From: a virus
Taxonomy: Duplodnaviria; Caudoviricetes
Virus record (IMG/VR): IMGVR_UViG_3300048783_000050
Coordinates: 1-60,959 of that record
DNA: 60,959 bases
Strand: one strand, 5' to 3'
Shown piece after piece: positions 27,201-35,338 of the stretch. The number at the start of each line of letters is the position of its first letter. The stretch's first letter is position 1. The position numbers and the translations under genes are program-made. The notes under the pieces are model-generated. The model made no database searches. It saw only the letters and a program-made list of their open reading frames with translations, and was not told the origin of the DNA.

Positions 27201-28938
27201 CACCGCGGCCGCGCAGCCGCCGGTGGCCTGGACGGAGCTGGTGCAGAGCGTGGTGCTGCTGGAGAAGCACGCGCTACACGGCCAGCTCGGCGTGGGGGGC
27301 GACGGTCCGCTGGAGTGGCGCTACCGGGTGGAGACCGACACCGCCGCTGCGGCGACAGCCTCCGCCTGGTCCGCGGCCGCGCTCCCTGTGACGGTCACGG
27401 TGCTGCGCGACGCTCGGCAGATGAAGCGGCTGATCCTGGAGGTGCGCGACGCCGACGGGAACCCGGGCCGCTGGGAGGTGGACGTCGCCCCCCGGCAGGA
27501 CCGCGACTGGACGAGCGGCGGCCAGGGTGGGCGCGGGGTGCAAGAGGGGAACGAGCGGGGCGGCATGGGCGGCGTGCCGGGGCGCATCAACATGGGTGCG
27601 CCGGTCACCACCCCGGACGGGGTGTACGCGCTGCTCAACCCGCTCACGCGGCGGATGGGCACGGCGCTGCTGGGACCGAACGGCACCGGCGCCGCGGACA
27701 TCGACATCTGGAGCACGCGGGCGGGCCTGGGGTTCACCGCGGGCGGCTTCGTCGCTCAGAACCTGCCGCTGGCCCGCATCCGGCCGGCGGTGTCGCTGAT
27801 CGGCCCGACCGGGCGCGCCGACACCTCGCAGCTCACCGAAGACGGCGAGGTGCTGGTGGACACGGCGACGGAGGTCGCGGCGCTTCTCGACGGCGGCGAG
27901 GTGCGGACGGCCGCGGACCAGGCGCTGCTCGGGCTCACCTCCGCGGGGGACGTGCTCCGGCCGGTGCCCCGCGACAAGGCGCTCTACTACGTGCCGGGGA
28001 TGGACGACGCCACCGGCCTTCTCGACGGCTCGCAGCCGGTCGCCGGGACGGGGGCGTTCGTCGCCACCTCGGACGACTCGCTGGCGCTGTTCACGGACGG
28101 CGCGCAGACGGTCGAGTACGCGGAGCGCGCGGGCGTCGGCTTCGACAGCTCCGGCCGCGTGGTGGGCGAGGTGATGCCGTTCGCCACCTGCAACGGCTAC
28201 GAGTTCGACGCGATCAGCACCGGCGGCGCGCGCGCGGAGCCGACGCTCGCCGGCCCGCTCCAGTTCGCCTCCGCGGTGACCATCCAGTCGCTCAACCTCG
28301 CCCGCGGCGTGCGGATCGAGTCCGGCGTGGACGGCCAGGTCGTGACGTTCTCGCCCGCCCTCCCGGCAGCGCCCGCCTTCGCCCCGCTCGGCGGCATCGG
28401 CTTCCACCCGGACCTCATCGCCTCGCCGCACGGTGCCGTCGTGGAGGCGGTGGGGTTGGACACCAACGGCTTCACGCTGCGCGCCGTGACGCGCGCCGCC
28501 GTGGGGACGATCACCGCGCGCTCCGCCAGCTTCTCCGGCGAGTACGCCACCAAGAGCCTGAGCGCGCAGGCGTACGACGACAGGTACATCGTCAACGTGA
28601 GCGGGACGGTGTATCAGGCGGCAGCGCCGCTGGGCGAGGAGCCGATCCCGGGGTCGCTCACGTTGTACTTTCTGGTCAACACAGGCTCCGGCGAAATCCT
28701 TCGTGCCGAGCGGACGATCAGCAACTCCGGCACGTCACCGCTCGCCTACTCGCGCGCGGTCGAGATCGCGTTGGACGGGGTCGGGAGCGGCGCTACTTTC
28801 CGGGTGTGGGTGGCCGCGACGACCGGGCTCGGCGGAACCGTCGCCCGCAACTCGGTCACGTGGGGCGAAGCCTCCGCCCCGGCGGAGCGTTCGATGGGCG
28901 CGTGGCCTGTCGCGTACCTTCTGGCGAACGGAGCATGA
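24205..28938 (+). CDS. Large tail tip/host-specificity protein
   Basis: About 1577 aa; hub-like N-terminus, FN3/Ig-like beta-rich middle; GTGA overlap. Confidence 0.75.
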   Translation: MKTWWLTFYADDDTTAVAECSTDLAHSHPFLRAPEGGAEADVDLLRGQAKISLVNVQVQDNPTNPEDQSSGWLTAILADASGETARIGRRVKLEEADSPADPRVTVTDGVIGSVELDADLVSYNLGVRDIRERSREAKAFERGGTSTVWPRGVLNGYGLLPGGGWLQPPTTPARGTFNLAGPGWGLVKLVRTDATKPHLVLTQAMRDAVAPTWSEEHLRYELYGVDVLWRLVGGTTWTRLTKMEVWDPAVRSGIRGVSLFDTDPARIKAADGRMVDGDIIDLVHLRAADTGGVPANGAAVEVLVLHVGAPTKAYPFHFEGRAGELLRNLYRGDYSLRDPRIRYDEAALLALAEPVLLRQAEPVDDMREWVEKNIYQPLGAAPALNDAAEISPVRYDLPSVEADLPEFNDSNTAEDAGWLHDGDAVNRVVFSYLREHRVPTDLDLLGEVSAGDGIAEQPVTVQPQAGGSVALLGEQLLEIKPSTIRTLVGERGDVRGGDVQSDAGYRLALARGYQALDRFRFGGQYITARRMRSAGELKPGAWCLVSLSWLPDYKTRKRGMDRLAQVVTARNVGAWREYRLVDAGPANQPLAQPTLGTPTASADGLVSVPVTMLPVGGEARVDVAISDTLPATDSPLWTFLGRTAALATLTTSPQLEGGIAWVRARGEAPGRLRSALTTPVSVAIPAGPRVRQVRALIADDGSASAQATPNAYASGFRIFYGTHPAGTATPTLSGHLDVAATPDPVALPVTVDPGEALAIEVEPWTGWTGSAVSGTAGARVPGSALREAGGGTDTLFARGTATMSSPTAAQIPVQVDSVVPVDGTATLLEVLGSATLAAGPAVGVASPTGTVWTFNRGPENGGPGQALFRIDASGYVSDPVPIVIPEQGRDTVGLGLVVEQVAESDATVTVRAKAWDPYPQGASSVTVRPVGAFAGNVTPSTAQALTPTSSYETTAHVDFVIAKAPAGGGVRRVNFLASAASRVDGVDAVDVPAQDPEIPTAAAQPPVAWTELVQSVVLLEKHALHGQLGVGGDGPLEWRYRVETDTAAAATASAWSAAALPVTVTVLRDARQMKRLILEVRDADGNPGRWEVDVAPRQDRDWTSGGQGGRGVQEGNERGGMGGVPGRINMGAPVTTPDGVYALLNPLTRRMGTALLGPNGTGAADIDIWSTRAGLGFTAGGFVAQNLPLARIRPAVSLIGPTGRADTSQLTEDGEVLVDTATEVAALLDGGEVRTAADQALLGLTSAGDVLRPVPRDKALYYVPGMDDATGLLDGSQPVAGTGAFVATSDDSLALFTDGAQTVEYAERAGVGFDSSGRVVGEVMPFATCNGYEFDAISTGGARAEPTLAGPLQFASAVTIQSLNLARGVRIESGVDGQVVTFSPALPAAPAFAPLGGIGFHPDLIASPHGAVVEAVGLDTNGFTLRAVTRAAVGTITARSASFSGEYATKSLSAQAYDDRYIVNVSGTVYQAAAPLGEEPIPGSLTLYFLVNTGSGEILRAERTISNSGTSPLAYSRAVEIALDGVGSGATFRVWVAATTGLGGTVARNSVTWGEASAPAERSMGAWPVAYLLANGA

Positions 28939-29324
28939 GCCCACAACCCGCAGCGCCCTGGCGTCCCCGCCGAGTGGCCGACACCCTGGCCGAGATGGAG
29001 ACGCGCGCAGCCGAGATGGACGATTATGCGATTATGCGCATAAGTGCCATCTCGGCTGCCGCCGCCCCGTGGGACCCGGAGCGCGAGGTGCTGCCCTGCC
29101 CCCGGTGCACGATCCCACGCTTCGCGCTGGAGCTTCAGGACACGTCCGGCATTCCCGAGGCGGGCTACCCGTACCTCTGCGGCGGGTGCCTGGGAGACCT
29201 GCACCGGGCCGGTACCCTGCCCCGCTCCGTAGCCGCCCGGAAGCTCGGCGCGCCGGCGGGGCTGGTGGTGGCCAACGAACGCGCGGAGGATCGACGACGC
29301 GCCCAACCTGCGAGGAAGACATGA
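28935..29324 (+). CDS. Hypothetical zinc-finger protein
   Basis: CPRC..CGGC; ATGA coupling. Confidence 0.6.
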   Translation: MSPQPAAPWRPRRVADTLAEMETRAAEMDDYAIMRISAISAAAAPWDPEREVLPCPRCTIPRFALELQDTSGIPEAGYPYLCGGCLGDLHRAGTLPRSVAARKLGAPAGLVVANERAEDRRRAQPARKT

Positions 29325-29878
29325 GCCAGACCGTGCGCGCGCACCTGCGCTACCTCTCGTACGTGCTCCGGCACAAGTGGTTCGTGTTCCTCGCGGGTTT
29401 GAAGACGGGCGCTCCACTGTGGCGGCTGATCGTCCACGACTGGAGCAAGTTCCTGCCTGCGGAGTGGTTCCCGTACGTGGCGTACTTCAACGGGTCGCCG
29501 CCGGACCTGAACCCCGTCTACTACAACCCGGAGTGGCGCGAGTGGGCGCGCGAGGACTGGAAGCAACGAACGGCGCGTGCATTCGACAGGGCGTGGCTCC
29601 ATCACCAGCACGCGAACCCGCACCACTGGCAACACTGGCTCCTTAGGGAGGACGACGGCGGCTTGAAGAGGCTCCCGATGCCGGAGCACTTCATCCGGGA
29701 GATGGTGGCGGACTGGATGGGTGCCGGGCAGGCGCAGGGGAAGCCCGATGTGGCCGCCTGGTACCGGCAGAACGCGGGCAGGATGGTGCTGCACGCGGAC
29801 ACGCGCGCCCGCGTGGAAGCGCTCCTCGCTGAGGTCGCACCGCACGAGGCTGCCGGGGCCGCGAAGGAGGCTGCATGA
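29321..29878 (+). CDS. DUF5662-like HD-superfamily protein
   Basis: HKWFV..HDWSKF..WLHHQHANPHHWQHW..EMVADW. Confidence 0.8.
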   Translation: MSQTVRAHLRYLSYVLRHKWFVFLAGLKTGAPLWRLIVHDWSKFLPAEWFPYVAYFNGSPPDLNPVYYNPEWREWAREDWKQRTARAFDRAWLHHQHANPHHWQHWLLREDDGGLKRLPMPEHFIREMVADWMGAGQAQGKPDVAAWYRQNAGRMVLHADTRARVEALLAEVAPHEAAGAAKEAA

Positions 29879-30303
29879 CCATCCCCGATCCGCCCGCCGT
29901 CCGCCCGCAGGAGGCGATCGCCGCAGCGCGCCGCGCCGCGCACGCCGCCACAGAGCTGGAGCGCGAGGTCACGCGCGCCGCCGCCCCCGCCGGCCGGCAG
30001 AACGCGCGAGGCGCCGCCGTTCCCGCGCACGTCCAGGCGCTACACGCCCGGCACGACGAAGCGCGCGCCCTCGCCGATCAGGCCCAGCAGAAGCACGACG
30101 GCGTCCTCGCCGGCTGGGCCGAGCACCGAGAGGCGAAGCGAGCGGCTGCGGAGGCCGACGAAGAGCAGCGCCGCGCGGACCGCGTTCGCCAGGTGTTCCA
30201 CCGCACGCCGGAGCTGATGCGCCTGCACGGGGTGGAGCCGGAGCCGGCGGACGAGGCGGTCCCGTTCCCGCAGCGCCAGCCCCGCCCGAAGGCGGAGGGG
30301 TAG
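29875..30303 (+). CDS. Hypothetical helical protein
   Basis: ATGA coupling, GC3 bias. Confidence 0.55.
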   Translation: MTIPDPPAVRPQEAIAAARRAAHAATELEREVTRAAAPAGRQNARGAAVPAHVQALHARHDEARALADQAQQKHDGVLAGWAEHREAKRAAAEADEEQRRADRVRQVFHRTPELMRLHGVEPEPADEAVPFPQRQPRPKAEG

Positions 30304-30306
30304 CCG

Positions 30307-31563
30307 ATGGCCCTCTCCCGCAGTTCCGCGCTCTGGTACTGGACCAGCCGGAACCCCTACTCCCCGGCGGCCACGGTCGGCGGGCCGGTGCAGTTCTCGC
30401 GCACCGGGACCGCCACGGTCGTCGATCAGCAAGGCTGGGCAGGCGACGTGCCGGCAAGCACGCCGCGGCATGAGTGGGTGACGGTGGACGGCGTTCGCCG
30501 GGCGGCGCTGCTCCTGGAACCGGCGCGCATGAACCTCGTGCGCACCTCCGAGCCGCACCTGGGGCAGGTGAAGCTGTACTCCACGAACACCTCCGGCATC
30601 GAGGTGGACCACGCGGGGTTCGGGACGGGGATCCGGGTGCCGGCCGGGACGGGGGTCGAAGAGTACGTCTACGTGGACGCGGACCCGATCTCCACCGGGT
30701 ACCACACGATCAGTGCGCACGTGGAGATGCTGGACGGCGGCGGTCCCCCGGCGCTTGCGACCTCCGCGTCCGGCGGAGACTTCGCGCTGGTGCTCAACAA
30801 CCAGTACGCGACTCTGGCGACACGCGTGGAGGCATTGGGTCGCAGCGGGATGTACCGGGTGGAGGCGACCGTCAACGTGGGGACGGTCGGCACCGACAAC
30901 CACGGACTCACCCGGTCCACCGCCCACACCCAGCGCGCGTTCGACGTCACCGGTTGGCAGGTGGAAGCGGGGGCGTATAGCACCTCGTACATCCCCACCA
31001 CGGGGACCACCACGCCGCGCCTCGCGGAGCTCTGCGGCTGGACGGGCGGGCCGCTGCCGCAACAGGACATGGCGATGCACCTCCGCATCATCAAGGGGCA
31101 CGCTGGCGACGGTGGTGCGGGCGACGCGGTGATCCTCCACATGGGGGCCGCCAGCGACGCGAACCCCCGCGGCAACCTCGTCTTCAGCGGCGCCGGGGTG
31201 TACTGGTACTACCACAACGGCACCACCTTCGCCGCATCCAGCATTGTGCTCCCGAGCGAGCGGGGGCAGGTTGTGGACCTGGACCTCCTGCGCTTCGCGG
31301 ACGGCTCCGGTCGGCTTGTGGGCTCGGTGGACGGCGGGTCGGTTGTAGGCGCCGCGCTCACGACGCTGGCCCTCCCCGCCGCGGAGGCGGGGAGGGCGAT
31401 CTACTTCAACGCGCGCGGCGACGGAGGGTTCCCCGGCTCGAATCGGTTCCTGGACTTCTGGGTTGTGAAGGCCGGCGACCTCGCCGCACCCGCCACCGCA
31501 GGCGGCGACCAGGCGCGCGCCGACGAGCTGCGCGGCTTCCTCCTCTCGCCCGCGGGAGACTGA
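30307..31563 (+). CDS. Fibre/head-spike-like protein with ConA/LamG-like domain
   Basis: FSRTGTAT..LLLEPARMNL..QVEAGAYSTSYIPT..R motifs. Confidence 0.7.
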   Translation: MALSRSSALWYWTSRNPYSPAATVGGPVQFSRTGTATVVDQQGWAGDVPASTPRHEWVTVDGVRRAALLLEPARMNLVRTSEPHLGQVKLYSTNTSGIEVDHAGFGTGIRVPAGTGVEEYVYVDADPISTGYHTISAHVEMLDGGGPPALATSASGGDFALVLNNQYATLATRVEALGRSGMYRVEATVNVGTVGTDNHGLTRSTAHTQRAFDVTGWQVEAGAYSTSYIPTTGTTTPRLAELCGWTGGPLPQQDMAMHLRIIKGHAGDGGAGDAVILHMGAASDANPRGNLVFSGAGVYWYYHNGTTFAASSIVLPSERGQVVDLDLLRFADGSGRLVGSVDGGSVVGAALTTLALPAAEAGRAIYFNARGDGGFPGSNRFLDFWVVKAGDLAAPATAGGDQARADELRGFLLSPAGD

Positions 31564-31565
31564 CC

Positions 31566-32126
31566 ATGTTCGGCATCTGGAAGGCAACGGCGGAGGAGTG
31601 GGCTGCGTGGGCCGTGACGGCGGGCTCCACCCTGTCGGAGGGTACCGAGTTCGAGCGGGCGGCGACGGCGGGTGAACTCCTCCAGCGCGGCGCGATGGTG
31701 GCGCACGTGGACCCGGACGGCGGCGACGCGCTCTTCCACGCCGCGGGCGCCGGCCCCTTCCCGGGCACCCTGCTGTCCGACCCGGCCGCCGTGGGCCAGC
31801 GGGAGCGGTATCGCTCCATCCCCGCGGAGGACAAGCCCGGGGTCTACGGCGCGGCCGTGCTCCGGTACCCGGACGGCGGGGACCTGCGGGGGGACTGCTG
31901 CACAGCGACGGGCTGCGAGCTGCCGGCGTACTGCCCGGCCACGGGGCTGCACTCCAGCGCGCCGGAGGACGACGTAGCGGCCGCCGTGGTGCTCGCGGAG
32001 GCGTGGGCGCTCGTCGCTGCGGAGGAGGCGGCGCTCGTGCGGGTGCCGATGGTGGAGGTGGAGGAGAGCGACGTGGTGGTGGAGGACTCGGTGCGGCTGG
32101 TGCGGTTCGCGGGGGAGTCGGAGTAG
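31566..32126 (+). CDS. Hypothetical protein
   Basis: Clean acidic ORF following fibre gene. Confidence 0.6.
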   Translation: MFGIWKATAEEWAAWAVTAGSTLSEGTEFERAATAGELLQRGAMVAHVDPDGGDALFHAAGAGPFPGTLLSDPAAVGQRERYRSIPAEDKPGVYGAAVLRYPDGGDLRGDCCTATGCELPAYCPATGLHSSAPEDDVAAAVVLAEAWALVAAEEAALVRVPMVEVEESDVVVEDSVRLVRFAGESE

Positions 32127-32151
32127 GCGGCCAAATCGCAAGGAGGCAGCG

Positions 32152-32421
32152 ATGCGCTACATGAGATGCAGGTGCGGGAAGCTGAAGTCGTGGACCTCGA
32201 TGGGCTCGCCACCCTGCCGCGCCTGCGACGAGTGCGGCGTCACGCGGGCCGAGAGCCCGGCGGGCCACCGCGAGCCGGCGCCGCACAACTGGGAGCAGGA
32301 GTGGAAAATCGACCCGAAGACGGGCGAGCGCTGGCGGGAGTGGGTATGCACGGCGTGCCTCACCCGCGAGTCTCCCAGGCAACCGGGGCCGCCCGCCCGG
32401 GAGACTGACCGGGTCGCGTGA
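32152..32421 (+). CDS. Small Cys-rich zinc-binding protein
   Basis: AGGAGG RBS; CRC..CRACDEC..H..CTAC. Confidence 0.65.
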   Translation: MRYMRCRCGKLKSWTSMGSPPCRACDECGVTRAESPAGHREPAPHNWEQEWKIDPKTGERWREWVCTACLTRESPRQPGPPARETDRVA

Positions 32422-32509
32422 AGCTTGTCCGAAGACCGCTGGTTTCGGGAAGACCGTCTCCGTAGATTGGACGCACCAGCAGGTGCGCCCCCTTCCGACG
32501 AGAGGCACG

Positions 32510-32911
32510 ATGATCGGCGGCGAAATCACGATCGACACCCTGCGCGGCATGGCGGCCCGCGTGAAGCCGGAAACGAGCCTCGTGGCCGCCTTCATCGTGG
32601 ACCGGACCCGCGCCCCGGGCGAGATGGTGCGGGTGGAGCCGGAGGCGAGCGCCGCCGCGGTGCAGGCCATGTTCCCGCTCGTGGGCGGCGAGGTGCAGGC
32701 GATCCGGGAGCGCGAGCCGGGCCGTGCCGTCATGGTGCTGGCCGACCGCGACTGGCGATCCCTCGTGAAGAGCCTGCCGCCGACCGATGGGGACGTCTTC
32801 CGGCACACGGCGACGGATCGGTTGATGGGCGCCCCCATCTTCTACGTGCCCGACCCTTCGCTCGTCCCCGAGTCCGCGCGCTGGCCCGGGCCGATGGACC
32901 TCGACACGTAG
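32510..32911 (+). CDS. Hypothetical protein
   Basis: GAGG RBS; C-terminal LMGAPIFY motif. Confidence 0.55.
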   Translation: MIGGEITIDTLRGMAARVKPETSLVAAFIVDRTRAPGEMVRVEPEASAAAVQAMFPLVGGEVQAIREREPGRAVMVLADRDWRSLVKSLPPTDGDVFRHTATDRLMGAPIFYVPDPSLVPESARWPGPMDLDT

Positions 32912-32920
32912 CCGCAACGC

Positions 32921-33040
32921 TTGTCCGAAGCCCCGTAGCGGATTAGCTTTTCAGTGCGCCCGATGTAGGGGCGCAACGACACGAACACACCGGCCCCAGG
33001 CCCGCGCCCTCACGATGAGGGAGCGGGCCTTTTTTGTTTT
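32921..33040 (+). promoter_or_regulatory. Late cassette copy D upstream of holin operon
   Basis: TTGTCC-17-TAGCTT, extra hairpin at 32955-32975, ACACCGGCCCCAGGCCC at 32987, hairpin + TTTTTTGTTTT. Confidence 0.85.
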
Positions 33041-33055
33041 CCAGCCACGAAATCC

Positions 33056-33733
33056 ATGTCCCCCCACCGGCTCCCCGTCGCAGGCAAGCTGCTCGCCCTG
33101 ATCGCGGCCGACTCGACAGCGCCGATCCTCGCGCTCTCGGGTGGGGTGTTAGCTCCTGTCGTGGCATTCCTCACCGGGTTTCATCTGGTGCTACTCTACG
33201 CCGTCGGTCTCGCGCAGGCCGGCGACGTGTGGACGGGAGCAGCGCGCGCCGGCATGACGGACCCGCCGACCTACGACAAGCGGAAGCTGTGGCGGGGCAT
33301 CCGGAAGAAGGGGTATCGCATCGGCGCCATGCTGTTGATCGGTGCAGCGGTAGATCTCGCGGCCCGCTCAATGGGCGGATTCTTCGACGCGGGGATGCTT
33401 GAATCGGCTGGGCGCTCGGGCATCACGACCATGCTCGGCCTCGCTGCCCTCTTCACCGCGGAGGCGAACTCCGCACTCGCCAACTACGCCGCGACGGTCC
33501 CCCACCTGAAGCTAGGGACCGTGCGCGCCGGGGTCCGGGCGGCGGACGTGCTGGCCGGGCAGGCCGCGGGGGCGCTCTCCGATGATGGGACCGTACACGC
33601 CCGGCGCCATCAGGACGTGCTGCTGCGCGAGCTTCAGGAAGCCGGCGCAGCGCCCCTCGTGCCCGGAGAGGGGCTTGTCCCGCTCGACGCGGAGGTGGTC
33701 GCACCAGTTGTCCGGGGGGAGATCCGCCCATGA
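33056..33733 (+). CDS. Holin (Phage_holin_4-like)
   Basis: Three hydrophobic segments; D..TG..A....RKLWRGIRKK..D....E..S.L.N pattern. Confidence 0.75.
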   Translation: MSPHRLPVAGKLLALIAADSTAPILALSGGVLAPVVAFLTGFHLVLLYAVGLAQAGDVWTGAARAGMTDPPTYDKRKLWRGIRKKGYRIGAMLLIGAAVDLAARSMGGFFDAGMLESAGRSGITTMLGLAALFTAEANSALANYAATVPHLKLGTVRAGVRAADVLAGQAAGALSDDGTVHARRHQDVLLRELQEAGAAPLVPGEGLVPLDAEVVAPVVRGEIRP

Positions 33734-34197
33734 CGCCGCCGATCGTCCATCGCTTCCGCGAGTGCGTGGTCAAGGAGTGGCCCGACGCCAGCGAGAACGG
33801 CGTGCTCGTGACCTGCTGGCCGGACGGGAGGGAATGCTCCGCGGCCCGCGACTGCACGATGCAGAACGTGGACTATGCGGCGTCGCTCGGGTACACGAGC
33901 GTTCGCGCGGCCCTCCGCGAGCACGAGCTTGCGCACACCTTCCTCGCCGAGAACATGGGGCACCCGTACAGCCCCACGCTACGCGCGGTCGCCGAGAACT
34001 ACGGCCCCGGGACGATCCCGTACGACGCCCAGATCCATGAAGAGTCCGTCGTGCTCCAATTCCAGCGCTTCCTGAACACGCAGGAGGTCGGCGCGGCGCT
34101 GGAGCACCCCGCCGTGCGCTGCCACCTGGGGGCGTGGGCCTGGACCTTCGCGGAGCGGTTCCGCTCGCCGTCCCCCGTACAATCGGAGGCTGCATGA
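33730..34197 (+). CDS. HExxH-motif protein (possible metallopeptidase)
   Basis: HELAH with downstream EE; coupled to holin. Confidence 0.55.
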   Translation: MTPPIVHRFRECVVKEWPDASENGVLVTCWPDGRECSAARDCTMQNVDYAASLGYTSVRAALREHELAHTFLAENMGHPYSPTLRAVAENYGPGTIPYDAQIHEESVVLQFQRFLNTQEVGAALEHPAVRCHLGAWAWTFAERFRSPSPVQSEAA

Positions 34198-34288
34198 CGA
34201 CGCTGCGCATCATCACCGACGCTGGCTACCTCGGCCCCCTCGCCCGTGCGATCGGGGACGGGGTGACGGCCTGGCAGGCTGGGACCGC

Positions 34289-35335
34289 GTGACCCTCCGC
34301 CCCGGCTTGCGCCACCGCGGGGGCCGCCCCGCCTTCCGGGTGCCCCCGCCCGCGCTCCCGCCGCTGAACCCCGGGACCGTCGTCGCCACCCCCGGCGACG
34401 GGCAGGTGACCCTCTCGGTGGGCGCGCCCCCGTCGGGTGGCTCCGGGGGGCCCTACATCTACTCCCTCTACCGCGGCCTGATCGAGGGCGCGCTCGGCAC
34501 GCCCCTCGGCGTGGTGGAATTGCCCCACGTGGACGACGACCTCGCCAACGGCGTGCCCTGGTACTACACGCCCCGGGTGGGCGACGGAATCAGCTACGCC
34601 GACGCGCCGCAGGTGGGGCCGGTCACGCCTGTGGAGAACGAGTACGCCCCCGCCGACATCGCGCGCCACACCCTGGAGGACGGCACGCTCGGGACGGCCG
34701 AAACGCTGGGCTGGGTCAATCCCTGGGGCTACAACATCGACGTGGTGGACGATCCCACCGGCGCCGGGCGCGGCAAGGTGGCACGCTTCCGCTACCGCTC
34801 GGCGGACGACGGCTACAGCTCGAACAAGGGCCTGTACCCCATCGTCTCCGCCGCCTTCGGGCTTGGGGAGACCCGGTACTTCCGCGGCAGTTTCTACCTG
34901 CCCGAGCCCCCGGCGCCGCTGGGCGACGCGAGTACGAACCGGAAGCTGGTCTACGTGCTGGGCACCAACAGCAACAACGACTGCAACGTGGTCGTCCGCT
35001 CCTTCGACGGCAACATCCTGTCCGTGGAGTACCTGCACAACCTGGAGGCGACCGTCGCCGGCGGGCTGGCCGCGCTGGAGTGGAACCGCTGGTACCGGCT
35101 GTACATCATGGTGCAGGCCAACAGCACCGCCGCGGCGTCGGACGGCGAGCTGCGCATCTGCCTGGACGGGGTGCAGGTGCTCCACGCCACGGGGCGCCGC
35201 TTCATCACGAACGCCGCCCACAGGTTCACCAGCATCGCCCACGGCTACCAGATCCAGCGCTCGCCCTTCGATACGTTCGACGAGAACCGGTATTGGGACG
35301 ACGTGAACGTATCCTCCCTCCCGCTGGAGCCCTGA
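34289..35335 (+). CDS. FN3 plus polysaccharide-lyase/ConA-like domain protein
   Basis: VVATPGDGQVTLS..LANGVPWYY; DPTGAGRGKVARFRY..NRWYRL..DGELRICLDG..YWDDV. Confidence 0.65.
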   Translation: MTLRPGLRHRGGRPAFRVPPPALPPLNPGTVVATPGDGQVTLSVGAPPSGGSGGPYIYSLYRGLIEGALGTPLGVVELPHVDDDLANGVPWYYTPRVGDGISYADAPQVGPVTPVENEYAPADIARHTLEDGTLGTAETLGWVNPWGYNIDVVDDPTGAGRGKVARFRYRSADDGYSSNKGLYPIVSAAFGLGETRYFRGSFYLPEPPAPLGDASTNRKLVYVLGTNSNNDCNVVVRSFDGNILSVEYLHNLEATVAGGLAALEWNRWYRLYIMVQANSTAAASDGELRICLDGVQVLHATGRRFITNAAHRFTSIAHGYQIQRSPFDTFDENRYWDDVNVSSLPLEP

Positions 35336-35338
35336 CGC

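Noticed and set aside
32425-32455. TTGTCCGAAG, identical to the -35 region of cassette D
   Set aside because: No -10 element at the proper spacing and no leader or terminator follows
23943-32838. Very long alternative-frame and antisense ORFs (e.g. 23943-26483, 30040-32838, also 12809-14668 and 36626-38440)
   Set aside because: Arg/Pro/Gly-rich shadow frames typical of high-GC DNA, lacking RBS or motifs, unlike the nested ORF in the methyltransferase
5948-33003. Repeated 17-mer as a CRISPR repeat
   Set aside because: The copies are kilobases apart, each embedded in a promoter-terminator unit, with no spacers or cas genes
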